64,000 bases of DNA from assembly GCF_009914755.1 (NCBI RefSeq), contig NC_060938.1. One strand, given 5' to 3'. Shown here piece by piece: positions 58,274 through 64,000 of the stretch (positions are counted from its first letter, which is position 1; each line of letters begins with the position of its first letter). The DNA comes from the human T2T-CHM13v2.0 reference genome, Homo sapiens. The notes beneath the pieces were generated by a model, which made no database searches, had not been told where the DNA came from, and saw only the letters and a program-made list of their open reading frames with translations. The position numbers and the translations under genes are program-made.

Positions 58274-58519
58274 CAGTGGTCCCCAGTCTTTGGGCACCAG
58301 GGACCAATTTTGTAAAAGACAGTTTTTCCATGAGATGGGGTGGTTGGGGGATGGTTTGGGGATGAAACTGTTTCATCTCAGATTGTCATGCGGTAGTTAG
58401 ATTCTCATAAGGAACATGCAACCTAGATCCCTCACATGCGCAGTTCACAATAGCGTTCCAGCTTCTATGAGAATCTAATGCTGCTGCTGATCCGGCAGGA
58501 GGCAGAGTTCAGGCAGTAA
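58274..58519. mobile_element. MER1B hAT-Charlie element, one end missing
   Basis: CAGTGGTCCCCA..GGCACCAGGGACC..TTAGATTCTCATAAGGA..GCAACCTAGATCCCTC..CTATGAGAATCTAATGC. Confidence 0.88.
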
Positions 58520-59289
58520 CTAGAGGTTACAAACATGTCGCAAAAGACTGTATCGCACCAAATTCAGTATAAAATGAGATGGGAAATTTGGGAAAAGTAC
58601 TCTAACATTATTAAATGTAGTTATACATACAAGGATATATTTTGTGTGGAATTTGGAAATATTCCAATATCTGCACTCCAGTGCACCAGCAAACAAGGAA
58701 ACTAATTTGATACGTGATATCAGCAGTCAGTCCAGATAAATACTGGCCTCTGTCCCTGGAAATTTCTTAAGATAGCCTTTCTCAATATTGCTTTTTCTTG
58801 TATTTCTTTTTTTAAGCTTCATGAGATAATTCTTCTCTATATAAAATACTGAAAGATAATCTCTAAAGTTTTGTCTTGACTGAGGTAGCTTAGCAAAACT
58901 ATGTAAGTTTAGGCAAGTTATTTTTATCTGGGCTTGCAAAAATCTCATAATCAAATTGGTGAAAACAACTGATTTATTGAATTCAAATAGAAACATGAAG
59001 TTCTGAAAAAAAAAATCCAGATTGAAAAGTTAAGAATCATATATTCAATAAATGGGCTCAGTGGTAATCATCATAATTGTTAACAAATATTCTCTTTTTT
59101 TGACCACCAGTTATGTCTTTGACAATCATTTCCCATATGTGACTATCAACCACTGGAGTTTTTTTTTTGTTTTTACATGATGTATTTGAATTGGTACAAA
59201 TTGAGCATTTCTGTTTTAAAAATAGCCAGAAAAGTATCAGAGTGAGTCTGTGTTACCTACTTATTATATAACAACCAACAGGAAAAGAA

Positions 59290-59470
59290 ACAAATACTAT
59301 TTAGAGAGTACTTACACTTGCTAGGTTCTGGGCTAACAGTTTTAAATGCGTGATTTATTTAATCTTCATAGCAGATGTATAATTGCAATAATTTTGCATT
59401 TACAGTTGAGGAAATTGAGGTTTAAAGAAGTGAAATAAGTTTTCTAGGTTTGCCCAATTGGTTAGCTGAA
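59290..59470 (-). mobile_element. MIR fragment
   Basis: ATTTAATCTTCATAGCA..CATTTACAGTTGAGGAAATTGAGG pattern. Confidence 0.55.
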
Positions 59471-60129
59471 AATATTTTCTTTAGTATATTGACATATTTT
59501 TCTAAAGGCCCATAGAAGAAGTAAATACATTAAATATCACTGTAACTATATTAAGTAGTAACCACCTTCATTTTCATGTTTTGTTCCACTTTCTGAATTT
59601 GAGAGGTCTTCTTACATAAAACAAAGATTAATCAACATGTATGCTATACTATAATCATTTAAATTCAATTTTCCCTATCGGTTTTAATTTTTAAAACCTG
59701 GTTTGAAAGTTGATTTACTTTGAAAATATATACACACATATGCATATAGTTTATATATTATGAAATCTAGGATATCTCATCACAGATATGATTTGATGTC
59801 AACTTAGATAATAAAGCATAATACTAATCAAATATCTTATTATTGTGCCTTGCTGACTAAAACCAATCTACCAATCTATTCAGCTATTCTAAGTACATTT
59901 TTGGAAAATGTACCTTTTTGGTACATTTTATTTGAATGGCTTTTTTATCTCTTTGTTTTGTATTATACTGGAGGGAAAAATTTCAGTGTCAGCTGCATTA
60001 TTCTTATTATGAACTTTCAACAGATTTTTTACATTTGAAAATTTTCAATAATAAAATAACAATTATCATTATATTTCTGTTCTCCAAAATAGTTTTTATT
60101 TTATTCTAATGCTTTTTAAAAGACTCTGC

Positions 60130-62290
60130 TATAGGTGAGAGCTTGTTTCTTCAACAAAGAACAATCTCGGAACCTCATGGAAAATAATTTCACACAGTAC
60201 TTTAAACTATTGACATTTCAAAAAAGAGATTCCTGGGCACAGTCTTTGAGCAGACTTTGCTTAGATGACATGACATTCAGAACACACCCGTATGTTAAGT
60301 CAGGATTTCCAGATTTTTAAAAAAATTCAGACAGCAGGAAGTTTCATGCCATTGCTAATCAAAGATCAAGAGGAATATGAACTAATTATATGGGACTAAA
60401 TGAACTGATCAGGGAAATTTTACTGTAATTTCTTTGAAATTTTTTGATGTGGTTTTAGTGTTGTCTTTTCCAGGTATTTAAGGAAGTCCTTTCTGTTTCT
60501 TCTTAAGCTATTCTTTAATTTACAAAAATTTAGTAGATTCTGCTTTTATGAACTATGATGAAACATTTTAAAACTAAATTTGATTCTCGCTGATTCCCCC
60601 CAATTATGAACAGACACTTCTCAAAAGAAGACATTTATGCACCAAACAGACACATGAAAAAATGCTCATCATCACTGGCCATCAGAGAAATGCAAATCAA
60701 AACCACAATGAGATATCATCTCACACCAGTTAGAATGGTGATCATTAAAAAGTCAGGAAACAACAGGTGCTGGAGAGGATGTGGAGAAATAGGAACACTT
60801 TTACACAGTTGGTGGGACTGTAAACTAGTTCAACCATTGTGGAAGACAGTGTGGCGATTCCTCAGGGATCTAGAACTAGAAATACCATTTGACCCAGCCA
60901 TCCCATTACTGGGTATATACCCAAGGAATATAAATCATGCTGCTATAAAGACACATGCATAAAAGTATGTTTATTGTGGCACTACTCAAAATAGCAAAGA
61001 CTTGGAACCAACCCAAATGTCCAAAAATGATAGACTGGATTAAGAAAATGTGGCACATATACACCATGGAATACTATGCAGCCATAAAAAATGATGAGTT
61101 CCTGTCCTTTGTAGGGACATGGATGAAGCTGGAAACCATCATTCTCAGCAAACTATCACAAGGACAAAAAACCAAACACCGCATGTTCTCACTCATAGGT
61201 GGGAACTGAACAGTGAGAACACTTGGACACAGGAAGGGGAACATCACACACCAGGGCCTGTTGTGGGGTGGGGGCAGGGGAGAGGGATAGCATTAGGAGA
61301 TATACCTAATGTAAATGATGAGTTAATGGGTGCAGCACAACAACATGGCACATGTATACATATGTAACAAACCTGCACGTTGTGCACATGTCCCCTAGAA
61401 CTTAAAGTATAATAAAAAATATATATATATATAAAATCCCTAAGCAGTTTTTTCTTTTCATGCAATATTGTTATTAATATAGTTTCAGTAAGAATCTGTT
61501 TTCATTTCTCTAGAATATAATTTGATACACTATACAAGATAGGTTTGACCTGGTGTGCCATATTTGTAAATGATGCTCCTTTAATCAGGTATGATAAGCC
61601 ACTTTTAAGTTACTTGGTTGACTTAACTTATAGACTCCAGAAGAGACTAATTTCCCCAAATGTATAAGCAGTTGAAATGCTGTGCAGAGTCCTGGGCTTA
61701 GTCTCATAGTCTCTGGATATCAAATAATACAGACTTTTAAAAGTCTTACCTGAGATTCCAAAAGAAAATTTCCAGACAGGAGTTAGTTTTGTGATCTTGG
61801 TAAAGGTTCAATACCGTATGGCTCTAGATTTTTCAAAGCAAATTGAAGAAGGCTTCATATAGTAAAGTAATACTCTTTCTACACTTATAAAATTAATCAG
61901 GCCAAGCCCAATGTGAAACACCTCCTTTTGTGATTGAGTTGTATTTCTATAGAATTATTATAATCACAAGGTGGGGACAGGTGGGTTATGAAAGACTTTG
62001 AAATGTATAAAATAAGACTAATATAATCTGTACAGTGTCCAGCTTACTTTTTCAACTCTTTATTTTATTGTCTTAAGCTATTTTAAAACTCCAGATAGCA
62101 AATGAATAGTAATACCAATTATTCTTGATTATAGAGATTCAAATTAATTGCATCCTGTGGAATGTAACTGATTATTGTCCTGTAAATATTTGTTTTGCAT
62201 CTATCTGTAAGTGCATTTTAGAGTTCCTTATTCCCAATATGTCTCTCCAATCTTTGAATTCTCCTTTGTACTACTTGAAAACTATTACCA
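60130..62290 (+). mobile_element. MER4-group ERV1 internal (non-coding) fragment, split by an L1
   Basis: TGCTAA..AAGATCAAG..TAATTA.ATGGGACT.AATGAACTGAT, TAAGAATCTGTTTT, CTGAGATTCC and TAATCAGGCCAAG are words recalled from MER4-group internal consensus sequences. Confidence 0.6.
60605..61435 (+). mobile_element. L1PA5-like 5'-truncated insertion (ORF2 C-terminus, 3' UTR, tail decayed to (AT)n)
   Basis: ORFs 60606-60962 and 60955-61209 encode the ORF2p C-terminus; 3' UTR GGAGATATACCTAATGTAAATGA; CTTAAAGTATAATAAA end. Confidence 0.94.
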
Positions 62291-63699
62291 GGTTCCTTCT
62301 TAATAAGTAAGTTTAATAAAATCTTTCACATGTGTTCAGTACATGTAAGTATTAGAATCATGATTATACACTAAATTGCTATTCTTTAACATAAATGACT
62401 CTAAATAAAGATTATAAATTAGAATTACTATATTTAAGATTTGATTAAGTTAACAATTCATTTGCTGCTATAGAACTTCTGTTTTGCTCAAATTTACAAA
62501 CAATAAGCTCTTAAACTTGGAGTATGTATAAAGTAACTAATAAATAATGGTCAGTATTTCAAAAACAATCACTTTTTACAAAGCCAAGTCTTCAAGATCA
62601 GATGAATGTAGGCCTCTGTTGGGATGACATAATACTTACTGTCAAAGGAATTTACTCCTGAGTGGAGTAAAACAAAGCTGTAAATGCAAACAGGCAGCAG
62701 ATAACACAATTTCTTTTTTTCTCTCTCTCTTTTTACCATAAGAGGCAGATCAGGCCAGAATGTCTGAAAGGGTAATTAGAAGATCATTCTACTCACTACA
62801 AAGCCTGAATTTCCCTGGAATTACTGCAAAGATGCTTAGAGGTTTCCAGAGCTAATTAAAAATGCTAAGAAGCAAATTAACACTTTCTCTCTAATAAACT
62901 GCAAACAGATAGTTAAGTCCCTTTAATAATGTTCCAAAGTCCCCCAAACAGCTGGAGCAAGCCCAAACAGATTGAAGTCAACAAAGCAGGCAATGTGAAA
63001 TAAAGGCACCATGCCCAGGGTATTTGGATGGCCAAAGATGGAATGGGAAAAAAATTAAGGTACATCCTAACTGAGAGTGTGAAGGAGCTTGATGAGAATA
63101 CACAGAAGTTAGTAAAAATAAAAGTTTAGTAACCTACACTTTCTTTCAGCATTTGTTCAGTACCATTTGCTGATTTCCATCACTATGGTTCTTTTCATTT
63201 TAAATATAGCTATTTATTTGATATTTTCTCCATCTAAATCACATGTCTCGCTTTCTGTTGGTTTTCTAGCATCCAGCGAAGTGCAAAACCAGAATAGCTC
63301 TTTGATATTTTTTGATAAATAAATGGATGAGTAAGTAAAAGAATTAATGGATTGATGATATAACATGTGCAGGCAAAGCTTAGAAATGTTAAGAAAATAC
63401 TTACAATTTCTATTGAAAATGAAATATTTTGGCTTGTGATAATTCATCCTTTGTTTGAAAATCACTTTTTTTATCTCCTTTTCAAGCTGTTATTTATTTC
63501 CCACCAAAGAGCCAGAGTCACTTTTTATAAATAATACAATAGATAGATCTTACCCTTCTGCCATCCAAAACTCCCCAAGTTCCCCTAAAAGACAGTTTAG
63601 CCGAAATCCAAACTCAACCCTCCACCCGAGTCCCTGATTCCCTGACACATATTTTACCATGCTCCCTCTTACCCACTCACTTCCTAACTTTAGCCTCAC

Positions 63700-64000
63700 C
63701 ACTCATTCTGTGTCTCTGAGTCATGACAGTCCCTTTCTTGCCCCAAAGTCTTCCACTGTGCTCTTTCCTACTAATGGAATTATCTTCTTTTCCAAGTTTA
63801 TTCAGAACTCTGATCAAGTATCAATTTCTTGGAAAGATCTTCCCTAAGAACTCTATCATTTTACTTTACTTTTTAAAACATTGATAGCACTAATTCATCA
63901 CTTAAAATCATTTTATGTATTTATGTGTTTACTTGTTCACTTTCGACAAAAAAAAAACAAAAAAAAACCTTTCAGTCTTTGTTCACATCTTTATTCCCAC
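63700..64000 (+). mobile_element. Degenerate L2 3' region
   Basis: Pyrimidine-rich L2-like words (TCTTCCCT, ATAGCACT.AT, TTTACTTGTT). Confidence 0.35.

Overview
AT-rich, gene-free primate DNA, most likely human (AluS/AluY, L1PA and THE1 elements present). It is intergenic or deep intronic. I can support no host protein-coding exon, tRNA, rRNA or CRISPR array. The long ORFs all belong to transposable elements or are chance ORFs. Roughly half the window is transposon fossils: several L1s (three with twin-priming 5' inversions), four Alus, solo LTRs (THE1, MLT2A, MER52A, LTR16, LTR40, MLT1), a MER4-group ERV1 internal fragment, DNA transposons (HSMAR2, MADE1, MER30, MER2, Tigger3a, MER1B, MER94, MER5/MER3), MIR/L2 relics and simple repeats. 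The least routine observations are: (i) a very old non-L1 LINE relic at about 10.5-13.4 kb (RTE-X/L4-like endonuclease motifs plus a putative ORF1); (ii) an old direct duplication of part of that relic, 7.7 kb downstream; (iii) a canonical-looking 51-nt exon and 87-nt intron at about 10.1 kb; (iv) an L1 endonuclease-only ORF, created by inversion, that ends by chance in -SKL; (v) several templated-insertion or microhomology scars. I found no convincing novel biological system. Family assignments come from recalled consensus sequences and by-eye alignment, not a database search. Boundaries of old elements are approximate.
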